In this document: piece by piece, positions 51,281-61,444 of the stretch
How the letters are laid out: the number at the start of each line of letters is the position of its first letter
Numbering within the stretch: the stretch's first letter is position 1
NCBI GenBank assembly: GCA_965243165.1
Contig: OZ251535.1
Span: forward strand, 2,810,797-2,874,796
Direction: 5' to 3'
DNA length: 64,000 nucleotides
DNA from: Candidatus Spongiisociaceae bacterium
GTDB lineage: Bacteria; Actinomycetota; Acidimicrobiia; Spongiisociales; Spongiisociaceae
Position numbers and translations under genes: made by a program
Notes under the pieces: model-generated
Seen by the model: only the letters and a program-made list of their open reading frames with translations
What the model was told of the DNA's origin: nothing
Database searches by the model: none

Positions 51281-52423
51281 CTACCTAACCTCAATATTAT
51301 TCTCGGCGGCTATCATTAGATCCTTCTCTTTATATTCTACAGGCCGTAAGACACCATGTCGGCCTGATAGCCGAAAAAGAATCCCTTCAGTCTGTTCGTT
51401 TTCTGTTACCGCTTGTGCAAACCCCTTAATACAGTCATAACTATGTGTAGTTGCTATGATCTGCACATTGTTATGATATGCAGTTTTTAATACCATACTC
51501 CAAAAATCGCGCTGTATAGAATGATGGATACCGTTTTCTATCTCGTCGATGAGCAGAAATCCATCTGAACTGTTGGCTAGGGACAATGCAATACCAAACA
51601 GGCGCAAAGCTCCATCACCTAAGCTCTTAAGAGGGACCCGTGAATTAGGACGACCATTGAGCCGAACAAGAACGCGCGGAGATAACGTGCGGGTAGTCCT
51701 TCTTTCGGGACCTATTCTACCATAAAGTGGGAAACTTACTCTTTCCCCACTTATCATGGTGATGCGATCCACATGTCCCCCTACTATTATGTTAAGTGCT
51801 TTGATGACCTTATCCTCATCATCAAGCAAGGCTACAGCCTCCCACAAGCGATATAACTCCCAGTTGCTCATTAATCCTGGTTCTATTGACTGACATTTTA
51901 TTGGAGAAGGAATAGTCTCTATCTGCCTAGGCCTCCTCCACCTTTCGTATGGAGAAATAGATACATAGTGTTTAGAGTCATTGAGAGATATCTCAATCGC
52001 TTGAATAGACGTTTCATCTATATCAAGCGCGAACTGTCCTTCTATTTCCTCTTCCTCAAAATCAACAGGTTGCATATTTATCTGATCCAATGCTTCTCCT
52101 GATCCTATTGATAATGTCAATTCTTTAGAGAGTGGATTTCTGCCATAGAACAAGGCAGCCCAATCAAGAACGGGGATACCTTCACCGTCCTCGTCACCCA
52201 TGGTGATCTCCTCCTCATGGCACTTCTTCAAAAGCTCCTCCAACTCACGTCGACGCCCGCGAGCCGCGTATACACGTACAGCATCCAGCACAGAAGTTTT
52301 GCCGATGCCGTTTTCCCCTGCTAGGAGGGTAACACGACCCAAGCGGGGGATCGTCAGCTCATCGATTCCCCGGAACCCCTTGATGGTCAGGTCCGGGAGA
52401 AGCAGACCGTTGTCAGTCTCCAT
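51281..52423 (-). CDS. AAA_15/AAA_21 ABC-type ATPase (AbiEii-like)
   Basis: IKGFRGI, GENGIGKT, SLGDG, LLIDEIENGIH, TTHS, ends IEVR; low GC. Confidence 0.88.
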   Translation of the reverse strand: METDNGLLLPDLTIKGFRGIDELTIPRLGRVTLLAGENGIGKTSVLDAVRVYAARGRRRELEELLKKCHEEEITMGDEDGEGIPVLDWAALFYGRNPLSKELTLSIGSGEALDQINMQPVDFEEEEIEGQFALDIDETSIQAIEISLNDSKHYVSISPYERWRRPRQIETIPSPIKCQSIEPGLMSNWELYRLWEAVALLDDEDKVIKALNIIVGGHVDRITMISGERVSFPLYGRIGPERRTTRTLSPRVLVRLNGRPNSRVPLKSLGDGALRLFGIALSLANSSDGFLLIDEIENGIHHSIQRDFWSMVLKTAYHNNVQIIATTHSYDCIKGFAQAVTENEQTEGILFRLSGRHGVLRPVEYKEKDLMIAAENNIEVR

Positions 52424-52614
52424 TATCTTCGCCTCGCTCACACGTCGTCGTTGCAACCCGGCCATCCACCGATCTGGGCAACCATCTCCATCCAATCTTG
52501 GACAGATACATCATACCCCAACTCTAAAGCCGATGCGGGCGCTGTCGGACTCGACCAAGCCCGCGCCTGGGGCGGGAGCGAAACCGGCGGCCGCCCCTCT
52601 GGTAATCTGAGGGG

Positions 52615-53712
52615 GTGCTCCGCATCCGTTCAGACGTCGAACCGCTGAAACCGTACATTCCCGGGCCGGGGGTCGAGGAGGCGGCGATCCTCTACGGCCT
52701 CCAAGAAGCGGTCAAGCTGAGCTCCAACGAGTCGCCCCTGCCTCCGTTCCCCGAGGTGCAGGAGGCCGTGGCCGCCGCCGCCGGCGGCGTCAACCGGTAC
52801 CCCGACCTCAGGTACACGAAACTGACGGAGGCGATGTCGAAGGCGCTGGGCATCCCGGGCGGCTGCTTCTGGTTCGGCGCCGGCAGCTCGGCCCTGCTCA
52901 CCAACACCGCCCTCGCCCTGGGCGGGCCGGGGCGCAGCTTCGTCTACCCGTGGCCGTCCTTCGGGATGTACCGGGTCAACACCGCGCTGGCGGGGGCGGA
53001 ACCCATAGAAGTCCCCCTCGACCGCCGCCAAGCCGTGGATCTCGAGGCGCTGGCCGCCGCCGTCCGCCCCGACACCACCCTGGTCTACCTGTGCAACCCC
53101 AACAACCCCACCGGCGCCTACCGGCGGCAGGCCGACATCCGCGAGTTCGCCGCGCAGGCGCCGGAGGACACCCTGGTGCTGATCGACGAGGCCTACATCG
53201 AATTCGTGGACGAGGAACGCCGCTCGGAAGCCGTCTCTATCGCCCTCGAACAACCCAACGTGGTGGCGGCCCGCACCTTCTCGAAGATATACGGGCTGGC
53301 CGGCCTCCGCATCGGTTACGCGATCGGCCGGCCGGACACCATCATGTCGCTGCGCAAGGCGGAGACCCCGTTCACGGTCAACTCCGCCGCCCAGGCCGCC
53401 GCCCTCGCCGCCCTGAACTTCCCGGAGCGGGTGGCGGAGCGGCGCGCGGCCAACCGGCGGGGCGTCGAACACCTCCAGTCCGCCTTCCGGGAACGGGGCA
53501 TCGAACACGTCCCCACCCAGACCAACTTCATCTGGTTCCGCCTGGGGCCCGAAACCCCCGCCGTCATCCAGGCCCTCCTCGAGCGGGGAACTATCATCCG
53601 GCTGACGCTGGGCGAGTGGACCCGGGTAACGGTGGGCGCCCCCGAAGAGAACGAAAAATTCCTCGCCGACCTCGACCGGGTGCTGGGCGCCCGCCGCCGG
53701 GATTACCCGTAG
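52615..53712 (+). CDS. hisC: Histidinol-phosphate / aromatic aminotransferase
   Basis: KLSSNESP, NRYPD, CNPNNPTG, DEAY, RTFSKIYGLAGLRIG; could be the pat paralog. Confidence 0.8.
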   Translation: MLRIRSDVEPLKPYIPGPGVEEAAILYGLQEAVKLSSNESPLPPFPEVQEAVAAAAGGVNRYPDLRYTKLTEAMSKALGIPGGCFWFGAGSSALLTNTALALGGPGRSFVYPWPSFGMYRVNTALAGAEPIEVPLDRRQAVDLEALAAAVRPDTTLVYLCNPNNPTGAYRRQADIREFAAQAPEDTLVLIDEAYIEFVDEERRSEAVSIALEQPNVVAARTFSKIYGLAGLRIGYAIGRPDTIMSLRKAETPFTVNSAAQAAALAALNFPERVAERRAANRRGVEHLQSAFRERGIEHVPTQTNFIWFRLGPETPAVIQALLERGTIIRLTLGEWTRVTVGAPEENEKFLADLDRVLGARRRDYP

Positions 53713-53806
53713 CGTCCGCATCTTCATATCCTGGATGCCGGCCGCCGGGCGGCCCGCCCGATGCCCTGCCTCAGAATCGATTCCCTGACCGGAAGGAAAC
53801 TTTCAT

Positions 53807-56581
53807 ATGAAATCCTTGGTGAACGGCCTCTCGACCTCCGTAATCAGATGGCCCTGGGCAGTCGTCGCGCTCACCTTGGCCGCCTCGCTCGTGTTCGGTT
53901 GGCTGTCGCAAGGTTTCACCCCGCAGGAAGACAACAACGAGTCCTTCGCTCCGGACGCTCCCGAGCTGGCGGCGGCCGAGCGGATATCCGATCTGTTCGG
54001 CGAGGAGACGTCCACCACCGTCATGCAGGTGATCGTCACCGCCGAGGAAGGCGGGGTCTTCAGCCTCGACGGGCTGGCCGCCGCCGAAGCCGTATCCGAA
54101 GCGATAGAGACGGGCGCCCTGGCCGACCGGCTGGTGCAGCAAGGGCCGAACCCGGTGTTCACCTTCCTGGGGCCGGTGCAGACGGCGGTGAACCAAGGCG
54201 GGCAGCGGCCCGGCTCCGACGAGGAGCTGCGCAGCCTCTTCCTGCAGGAGCTGACGGCCATGCCCCCGGGGCCGGCGGGGTTCGTGGAGGGGGCGCTGCC
54301 CGCCGGCGCCGACCCGTATGCACCTTCGTCCGACAAGGGTCTGGTGATCGCCTTCCTCCGAGCCGCCGATCCGAACAGCGACGAATACAGCCGTTTCGTC
54401 GAGGTCAGCGCCGAGGCGGCCGACCAGATCCGGGCGGCCCCCCTGCCGGCGGGTTTCACCGCCGAGCCTTTCTCCTTCGAGCTGCTCTTCTCGAACAACG
54501 ACGAGTTCCAAAGCGAAATCGGCAGGTTGTTCGGCACGGCCGGGCTGATCATCGCCCTGGTGCTGGCCCTCGTCTTCCTGATCCGCCCCAAGCGGAGAAG
54601 CGGGCGGGCGGTGATGTGGACGGGCATCCTGGCGGCGGCGGCCGCGATCGTCGCGGTGACCCTCCCCACCCTCGCCCTCGTTCTCGACAGCATCTTCCCG
54701 GATGCGTTGAAAGAATGGAACAGCTCCGCCCTCTTCCCTCTGGCCGGGACGGTGCTGCTGGCCTTGTTCCTGGTCTGGACTTTCATCGACCGGGGCCTGC
54801 GGCGCACCACCGCCGACACCGTCCTCACCCTGATCACCATCCTGTTCTCCATCACCTGGATGAACGGGGTCGGCTACCTGCTCTTCGAAGACATGAGCCC
54901 GATGGCCCAGATCCTGCCGATCCTGCTGATCGGGCTCGGAGTGGACTACTCGATCCACGTCACCTCCCGCTACCGGGAGGAGATATCAGGCGGGGCGGGG
55001 GTGGACGACTCGGTGCGGCGGGCGATCCGCACGGTGGGCGTGGCGCTGGTGCTGGCCACGATCACCACCGCGGTCGGGTTCCTCACCAACTTGGCCAACG
55101 ACATCCCGGCCCTGCGCGAGTTCGGGGTGCTGGCCGCGGTCGGCATCGGCGCCTCCTTCCTGCTCATGGTCACCTTCATCCCGGCCATGCGCACCATCCT
55201 CGACCGGGGGGGCGGCGACCTGTTCCTCAAGCTGCCGTATCTGCGGGTCCTACGGGTCATCCCGGCCATGCGCACCATCCTCGACCGGCGGGGGAAGCGG
55301 AGGGGGATGATCGAGCCCGGACGGCTGGGCGCGGGGGACAGCCGGGCCCTCGGCCTGATCATCGGAAAGACCTCGGTCATCGCCAAAAGGGCGGCGGCGG
55401 GCGCAGCCGTCCTTGCGGTCGTCCTGGGCGGATTGGGCGTCTGGGGGTGGTCGCAGCTCGATACCAAGTTCTCCTTCTTGGACTTCATCCCCGTCACCTC
55501 GCCGCTGCGCACCACCTTCGAGGCCCTGATCGACGACTTCGGGGGCGGGTTCGGCGAGAACACCCAGGTGCTGATCGAGGGGGATGTGGCAACCGCCGAG
55601 GCCTGGAACGCCATGGTGTCGTCCAACCGCGAGGCGGCCGACACCCCCGATGTGCTGGCGCCGGGGGGCCAACCGTCCGGAACCTCGCCGGTGTCGGTGA
55701 TCGACGAGCTGGCCGCCCCCGGGGCGCCCGGTTTCTCGCCGGAGGTGCAGCAGGCCCTCCAAGCGGCCGGCGCCGACCCTTCCACCCTCCTCGTTCCCCC
55801 CGGCGCCGACATAGCCCCCCTGTACGACGCGGCCTGGGAAGCAAACCCCGGCCTGACGGGCCAGGTGCTCCACCGGAGCGGCGGAGGCTACGACGCCGCC
55901 CTCTTCGACTACACCACCCAGGCGGGCGAGACGAACGCCGGGCGGCTCCGGCTGGACCTGCTCGACGATTTCGGGCCCGCCGCCGACGCCGGGCTCTCGG
56001 TCACGGCGACCTCGGAGGAGATCATCCAGGACGTGGTGGTCACCACCCTGCGCAACTCGCAGGTCTCCTCGCTTTTCCTGACCCTCGCCGCGGCGCTGGT
56101 GCTGTTGGTGGCGAACTTCTGGTACGAAGCCCGCCGCCCGATGCTGGGGGTGATCACCACCCTCCCGGTGGTGCTGGTCGTCCTGTGGTCGTTCGGGCTG
56201 ATGGCCGCCTTCGGGATCCCCTTCGGCCCGGTGACCGCCACCATCTCGGCCCTGGCGATCGGCATCGGCATCCCGTACATGATCCACATCGCCCACCGGT
56301 TCTTGGAGGACCGGGACCGAAAGCCCGGCCTGGGGGCGGCGATCGAGTCCACCCTGAGCCACACCGGCGGCGCCCTGGCCGGATCGGCCCTGACCACCGT
56401 GGCCGGGTTCGGCGTCTTGACGATCTCGACCACCATCCCCTTCCGCCAGTTCGGATTCGTTACCGCCTACACGATCCTGCTGGCCATGCTCACCGCGGTG
56501 CTGGTGCTCCCCTCGCTGCTGATGCTCTGGGCCAGGTGGCACCGCCGGAGGGAAGCCGGGGCGGCGGGGGCGGCCGGCTGA
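53807..56581 (+). CDS. MMPL/RND family transporter
   Basis: IGLGVDYSIH, ATITTAVGF, two TM bundles with large extracellular loops. Confidence 0.9.
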   Translation: MKSLVNGLSTSVIRWPWAVVALTLAASLVFGWLSQGFTPQEDNNESFAPDAPELAAAERISDLFGEETSTTVMQVIVTAEEGGVFSLDGLAAAEAVSEAIETGALADRLVQQGPNPVFTFLGPVQTAVNQGGQRPGSDEELRSLFLQELTAMPPGPAGFVEGALPAGADPYAPSSDKGLVIAFLRAADPNSDEYSRFVEVSAEAADQIRAAPLPAGFTAEPFSFELLFSNNDEFQSEIGRLFGTAGLIIALVLALVFLIRPKRRSGRAVMWTGILAAAAAIVAVTLPTLALVLDSIFPDALKEWNSSALFPLAGTVLLALFLVWTFIDRGLRRTTADTVLTLITILFSITWMNGVGYLLFEDMSPMAQILPILLIGLGVDYSIHVTSRYREEISGGAGVDDSVRRAIRTVGVALVLATITTAVGFLTNLANDIPALREFGVLAAVGIGASFLLMVTFIPAMRTILDRGGGDLFLKLPYLRVLRVIPAMRTILDRRGKRRGMIEPGRLGAGDSRALGLIIGKTSVIAKRAAAGAAVLAVVLGGLGVWGWSQLDTKFSFLDFIPVTSPLRTTFEALIDDFGGGFGENTQVLIEGDVATAEAWNAMVSSNREAADTPDVLAPGGQPSGTSPVSVIDELAAPGAPGFSPEVQQALQAAGADPSTLLVPPGADIAPLYDAAWEANPGLTGQVLHRSGGGYDAALFDYTTQAGETNAGRLRLDLLDDFGPAADAGLSVTATSEEIIQDVVVTTLRNSQVSSLFLTLAAALVLLVANFWYEARRPMLGVITTLPVVLVVLWSFGLMAAFGIPFGPVTATISALAIGIGIPYMIHIAHRFLEDRDRKPGLGAAIESTLSHTGGALAGSALTTVAGFGVLTISTTIPFRQFGFVTAYTILLAMLTAVLVLPSLLMLWARWHRRREAGAAGAAG
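55176..55288 (+). repeat. 32-bp exact direct repeat, 81 bp apart, inside the MMPL gene
   Basis: TCATCCCGGCCATGCGCACCATCCTCGACCGG at 55176-55207 and 55257-55288. Confidence 0.9.
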
Positions 56582-56653
56582 CGGACGGGCCGGCGGGATT
56601 TCGGTCGGATTCGAGATTTCCTGAGCGGGCGGCGGGCCCGCCGGGAATTGCTG

Positions 56654-57220
56654 TCAGAGCTGTTCTTCCAGCCAGTGCTGGGATTGGTCCAACAGCCACA
56701 TGCTCACGTTGTGGGCGCATTCCAGGACATCGCAGGTGCGCAGCTCCCGCAGGAACATCGACCTCAGCGGCAGATCAAGCCGCCCCACCAGGGAGAGGCT
56801 GCGGGCGGCCGGATCGGTGACCGACATGTAGGTGTCGGTGGCGGAGACCTCGACCGGCAGAACCGTGCCCGAAACTCCCGCCAGCTCGGTGGCCAGGATC
56901 AGCAGGTCGGGCGGGCGGGTGAGGGGCGGCAGGGCCCACTTGAAGAACAAGGGCAGCTGGAGCTGGATTTCCTGCTCCTCTTCGAAGTCCATGTGCTCCA
57001 TCACCAGATCTTCGAAGGACAGGATCACCCGGGGATCGACCTCCAACACCATCAGCATCTCCAGCGGACCCTCGCAAGCCTCTTCGGGGTGGAGGTCCAC
57101 CTCCCAGGCCTGGCCCAGGGAGTAGGACTCGATGAAATGGCGCTCGGCGTGGACGTGGAAACCGTGCTCCACGGCGTGGGCCTTCATGTCGGTGATGAAC
57201 CCGGCCAGATCTACTGACAT
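56654..57220 (-). CDS. Hypothetical protein
   Basis: 188-aa ORF with normal globular, acidic composition and GC-rich third positions. Confidence 0.7.
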   Translation of the reverse strand: MSVDLAGFITDMKAHAVEHGFHVHAERHFIESYSLGQAWEVDLHPEEACEGPLEMLMVLEVDPRVILSFEDLVMEHMDFEEEQEIQLQLPLFFKWALPPLTRPPDLLILATELAGVSGTVLPVEVSATDTYMSVTDPAARSLSLVGRLDLPLRSMFLRELRTCDVLECAHNVSMWLLDQSQHWLEEQL

Positions 57221-57301
57221 ATCCGCCTCAGGCTAACCGGAGGACGGCGGCTTTCAGGCCCCGCCTCCTGCGCTGCGGCCCGGCGCCGGAAAGGCCGGTT
57301 T

Positions 57302-58375
57302 TCACGGGCGCACTTCGTAGTAGAGGTGAACGGGATCGTCCTCCATCTCCATCTTGCGCAGGCAAGTGAACCCGGCCTCCCTGACCAGGCGCTCGGCCGC
57401 GGCGGGGGTGAAGCCCAGCGAGCCGAGGCCCGCTCCGCCCTCCTCGGACAGGCTCGACGAGAGGCAGGCCGCCAGGCTGAAGCCGTACTGCATGGCCAGC
57501 ACCGGGTTCTTGCGGTTCTCCTCGTAGGCCTCCGAGCACTTCAGGTCTTTGATGAGCCAGACGCCGTCCGGCTTCACCGCCCGCCGGATGGCCGCCGCCG
57601 TCCGGTCGGGGAAAGGCATGTCGTGCATGCAGTCCATGGTGAGGATCAGATCGAAGCAGGCCTCGTCCGGCAGCTCCTCCCCGAACGCCTGCACCACCGA
57701 AGCGTTGGGCAGCCCTTCCAGGCGGCGGCGGGCGCGCGCCAACGCCGGAGACGACGGCTCGTACCCGACCACGGTGCTGGCGGGAAACCGCCGGGCCAGG
57801 GTCTCCACCGCGATGGCGCCCCCGCAGCCCACATCCGCGACCGCCGCGCCCTCCGCCAACCGTTCCACCACCCCGTCGAGGCAGGCCAGGACCGTATCCA
57901 CCAGATAGGCGCCCAGCGAGGCCAGATGCATCCGATCGATCTCCCGGGCCACCCGGTCTCCCATCTCGTCATAGGTGATTCCGAGGCCGGTGCGGAAGGA
58001 TTCGGCGATGCCGTCCAGCCGGTCCGGAGGGAAGCCGCCGCTGAACACCCCCGCCGCGAAGGTCAAGGAAGAGGTATCGACCAGCACCTGCTCCCCCTCC
58101 GGTTCCAGGGAGTAGACCCCTTCGGGGGTGCGGGTCACCAGCCCGGCGGCCGCCTGGCACAGCAACCATTCCCGCAGCCACCTGGCGTCCAGCCCGGTGC
58201 GTTCGGCCAAAGCCTCGGGGGTGAACTGCTCCCCTCCGGCCATCGCCTGGTAGAGGCCGAGGCGGTCGCCCAGATGGACCGCCAGGCTCACCACCTCGCC
58301 TTCCTTGTATTTCCATACCTTGAAGGCGTATTCCTTGACGAGATCGGGGTCGGCGGGCCGCACAGGGGATACCAT
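57302..58375 (-). CDS. Class I SAM-dependent methyltransferase with N-terminal wHTH (Rv2258c-like)
   Basis: LGDRLGLY, RWLREWL, VADVGCGG, DCMHDM. Confidence 0.9.
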   Translation of the reverse strand: MVSPVRPADPDLVKEYAFKVWKYKEGEVVSLAVHLGDRLGLYQAMAGGEQFTPEALAERTGLDARWLREWLLCQAAAGLVTRTPEGVYSLEPEGEQVLVDTSSLTFAAGVFSGGFPPDRLDGIAESFRTGLGITYDEMGDRVAREIDRMHLASLGAYLVDTVLACLDGVVERLAEGAAVADVGCGGAIAVETLARRFPASTVVGYEPSSPALARARRRLEGLPNASVVQAFGEELPDEACFDLILTMDCMHDMPFPDRTAAAIRRAVKPDGVWLIKDLKCSEAYEENRKNPVLAMQYGFSLAACLSSSLSEEGGAGLGSLGFTPAAAERLVREAGFTCLRKMEMEDDPVHLYYEVRP

Positions 58376-58576
58376 AGGAGAAGACCGCCGTCTTTGCCAT
58401 GCAGGAGCGCCAGACCGCCCTGAGGAAGGCCGATGCCGATGGGGAAGGGGCCCAGTCTCTCAACCGGAGGGGCGGCGGCGGTTCGACCGGGAACGAGAGC
58501 GGCGGCGGAGCGGGCGGGGCGCCGCGGACAGTTCGGCCCCCGCCCGCCGGAACCTGTGCGGATCCGGCCGCCTGCT

Positions 58577-60424
58577 CTACCGGCTGTAGCCCGACCCCCC
58601 CGAGGGATCGTCCGGCAGCCGCGCCGTCAAGTGGTCCAGCACCAAGGAGAAGTCCTGGTAGGAAGCCAAACCGCCCAGCTGCCCCCCCAGCGGGCGCAGC
58701 CATTCGGTCAACACCCTCAGCTCGCTTCCCACGCGCCCGTCGTCGGCGTAGACGTAGGGCAGGCTGCTGTAACGGTCGGAAGCCAAGGCGACCACCGCCC
58801 CGAACTGCAGCAGCGGGTCCGCTTCGTACATCTCCGCATCCGGGCTCGACACCAGATCGGCGGCCTGCTGGTTGCCCCGGCCGCCCATCGGGGTCACCCA
58901 CCTCAGGGCCACATCGCCCAGCCGGACGGGGCCGGACGGCCGCCGCCGGGCCTCATCCGCCAGCTGCAGCTCGTAGAAGACGGTGGTGGCCGCGCCCATC
59001 GGTATCTCGGCGAACTCCCTGCGGTCCTGCACGAAGGACTCGTCGGAAGTGATCCGGTTCTCGTAGCCGATCATCCGCCAAGACGCCACCACCCGGTCGT
59101 CCCAGGTCACCTGCGCCCTGGTCTGGTCGGCGAAGGGAACCGACAGGGCCAGCCAGCTGCTGCGGCTGAAGGTGGCCCGGGCCGACTCCACATCGTTCAG
59201 GTAGCGGTACCAACCGTTGCCGTACTGGGCGAGCTGCTCGAGCAGCACGTCGTTGTAGTTGCTGATCCCCACCCCGATCGTGATCAGGCGCAGCGGGTTG
59301 CGGTCGTCCGGGTCATAGGCCGTTTCCAGGATGGCGAACGGGTCGGTGGCGTCCACGTTGGCCACCCCGTCGGACATCAGGATGACGTAGTTGTGGGCGT
59401 CGGGCCATTCGCGCCGGGCCCGGTCGGCCAGACTCACCCCCAGATTCAGGCCGGCCTGCACGTTGGTGTTTCCGTGCGGCGCCAACCGGCTGATCGACCA
59501 CACCGCATCGCTGTCGTCGGGATGGCGGTGCTCCACCGTGTATTGGTCTATGACATCGGTGGTGAAGTGGACCACGGCGATGCGGTCCTGGGGGCGGAGG
59601 CTGCGCCTGACCGCCTCGGCGGCCGCCCTGGCGATGTCCACCCGGTTGCCTTCGGCCATGGAACCGGAGGCGTCGAGCACGAGGGTGACGTTGAGCGGGC
59701 GGTTGTCCACCAGCTCCGGCGCCTGGAATCCGATGCGGGCCAGATGCTTCTCGTCATCCAGCGGATGCCTGACCAGGGCCGTGGAGACGGCGAAGGAGTC
59801 GGCGCGGGCCGGATAGTCGTAGCCGTAGTCGAAGGCGTTGATCCATTCCTCGGCCCGCACCGAGTCCGGGTCCACCTCGTAGCCGTAATTGGCCCAGTTG
59901 AGAGCCAGCTGGAACGAGGTGCGGTCGGTGTCGAGGCTGAAGGTCGAAACGTTGTCGGTTGCGGTCGGCACGAACCTCGACTGCACATAGTCTTGGAAGG
60001 TCGTGGCCGACGGAGGCGGAGGCGGCGCCGGGGCCGGGGCCGCGCCGGCGCCCCCAAAGCCCTCTTCGGCTGCGGCCATCGCCGAAGCCTCGATCTCCAT
60101 CTCCATCGCCTCCGACGCATACGCAGCCTCAGCCGCCTCGGCCCTTGCCGCATCCGATGGAGCGTATCGGGTCGTGGTCGGGGCGTAGTAGGTCGTGGTC
60201 AGTGGGTAGGTTGCCGCGACGTAGGTCGTCGTCTGGGTGGTCAACGCCGGGGCCGCCGCCGTCGGCGGGGCATAGTCCGCCGTCGAGGTGATCGTCGGCT
60301 GGCTCTCCTGCCCGGTGCAGGCGGCGGCGAACACCAGCAGCAGGCCCGAGGCGGCCAGGCCGAGGGTCCGCTTCCCCCGCCGGCCCGCTCCGGGCAGGGT
60401 TTGGTTCGATCTCTTCAGATACAT
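58577..60424 (-). CDS. VWA-domain lipoprotein (YfbK-like)
   Basis: Lipobox FAAAC, STFSLDTDRTS, VRAEEWINAF, MIDAS DASGSM, SDGVANV, RMIGYENR. Confidence 0.88.
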   Translation of the reverse strand: MYLKRSNQTLPGAGRRGKRTLGLAASGLLLVFAAACTGQESQPTITSTADYAPPTAAAPALTTQTTTYVAATYPLTTTYYAPTTTRYAPSDAARAEAAEAAYASEAMEMEIEASAMAAAEEGFGGAGAAPAPAPPPPPSATTFQDYVQSRFVPTATDNVSTFSLDTDRTSFQLALNWANYGYEVDPDSVRAEEWINAFDYGYDYPARADSFAVSTALVRHPLDDEKHLARIGFQAPELVDNRPLNVTLVLDASGSMAEGNRVDIARAAAEAVRRSLRPQDRIAVVHFTTDVIDQYTVEHRHPDDSDAVWSISRLAPHGNTNVQAGLNLGVSLADRARREWPDAHNYVILMSDGVANVDATDPFAILETAYDPDDRNPLRLITIGVGISNYNDVLLEQLAQYGNGWYRYLNDVESARATFSRSSWLALSVPFADQTRAQVTWDDRVVASWRMIGYENRITSDESFVQDRREFAEIPMGAATTVFYELQLADEARRRPSGPVRLGDVALRWVTPMGGRGNQQAADLVSSPDAEMYEADPLLQFGAVVALASDRYSSLPYVYADDGRVGSELRVLTEWLRPLGGQLGGLASYQDFSLVLDHLTARLPDDPSGGSGYSR

Positions 60425-60509
60425 CTGCTCCTCCTTCCTGGGGTGCGCACCGCAGAACACGCTTGCCGGCTTCGCGGCGGGCGGCCTCGGCGGGCTGCTC
60501 ATACCCCTG

Positions 60510-60538
60510 TAGACGCTCGGAGAGGCCGAACAGGTTCC
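60510..60538 (-). promoter_or_regulatory. Putative ECF sigma promoter
   Basis: GGAACC-N17-CGTCTA on the minus strand upstream of the VWA gene. Confidence 0.5.
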
Positions 60539-60649
60539 CGAGTTGCGCAAGAGGCATCCGGCAGCGGACGCGCAGCGGGGGCGGCGGAGGGGCGGTTCCT
60601 TGCCCTGCCGCCGATCAGCGCCCCGGGCAGGCGGGCAGCGGAGGGCCGG

Positions 60650-61210
60650 TCAATTCAGCCGTGGGTCGAGCGGATAGGTGGCGAACCAGGAATAGCGCCC
60701 GCCTGCCCGCGCGAGCACCTCCTCCCAAAGCCTTTCCGGGCGGGGGGTGAACACGTCCTCGGTTCGGGCGTCCACCACGAACCAACCGAAGGCGGATCCC
60801 ATCTCCGACTCGAGCTGCCCCGGCCCCCATCCGCTGTACCCGGCGAAGACCCGCGCCTCGATCCCCGCCTCGGGGCCGGGCTCGTGTTCCAGGTCCACGG
60901 CCTGCACGCCCAGCACCTCCGGCCAGCCCTGCAGCGGCACCGCGCCGCCCCCCCTGGCCAGGCCGATTCCCCCGCCGTCCCCCACCGGGCCGCCCACGAA
61001 CACCACCCTGGGATTGGCCGCCGCCGACCACCACCCCGGCATGAGATCCAACAGATCCGCCTCGGTAGGCCGGTTGAGCACCAACCCCACCGCCCCCTCC
61101 GGCGTGTGATCCATCATCAGCACCACCGTCCGAGAGAAGTTCGGATCGGCCATCCCCGGCATCGCCACCAGCAGCCTCCCCGCCAGCGACCGAAACCCCT
61201 CCCCGCTCAC
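60650..61210 (-). CDS. YqgE/AlgH family protein
   Basis: GRLLVA..DPNFSRTVVL..H..EGAVGLVLNRP, GGPV, GYSGWGPGQL; start uncertain (61210 or 61267). Confidence 0.92.
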   Translation of the reverse strand: MSGEGFRSLAGRLLVAMPGMADPNFSRTVVLMMDHTPEGAVGLVLNRPTEADLLDLMPGWWSAAANPRVVFVGGPVGDGGGIGLARGGGAVPLQGWPEVLGVQAVDLEHEPGPEAGIEARVFAGYSGWGPGQLESEMGSAFGWFVVDARTEDVFTPRPERLWEEVLARAGGRYSWFATYPLDPRLN

Positions 61211-61444
61211 AGGCCGCCCCTCAGCAGGCCTCGCCGCGCCGCTCGACGCCCCGCCCGAACTTTCCATGGCCCCATCTTGCCACATCCCGCCTCCTCCCTC
61301 CCCCGGCCGACCTCCCGCCGCCCCGGACTTCGAGCTTTCAAGAAAATCCTCGAAGAAAATTGCCGAAAGCGCCAAAATTGTCACACCCCCCTCCATAATG
61401 GATAGAAGATGGTGCATGAATCCACGCTCAGGGAGGAGAAGAAC

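Noticed and set aside
55176-55288. Mini CRISPR array
   Set aside because: Only two non-palindromic copies, in frame inside a coding gene, with no leader.
58433-61405. Very long alternative ORFs (990 aa here; also 53761..56820, 18498..20960, 49134..51440)
   Set aside because: Antisense or off-frame shadows of real genes in high-GC DNA, with Arg/Pro/Gly-rich composition and no motifs.
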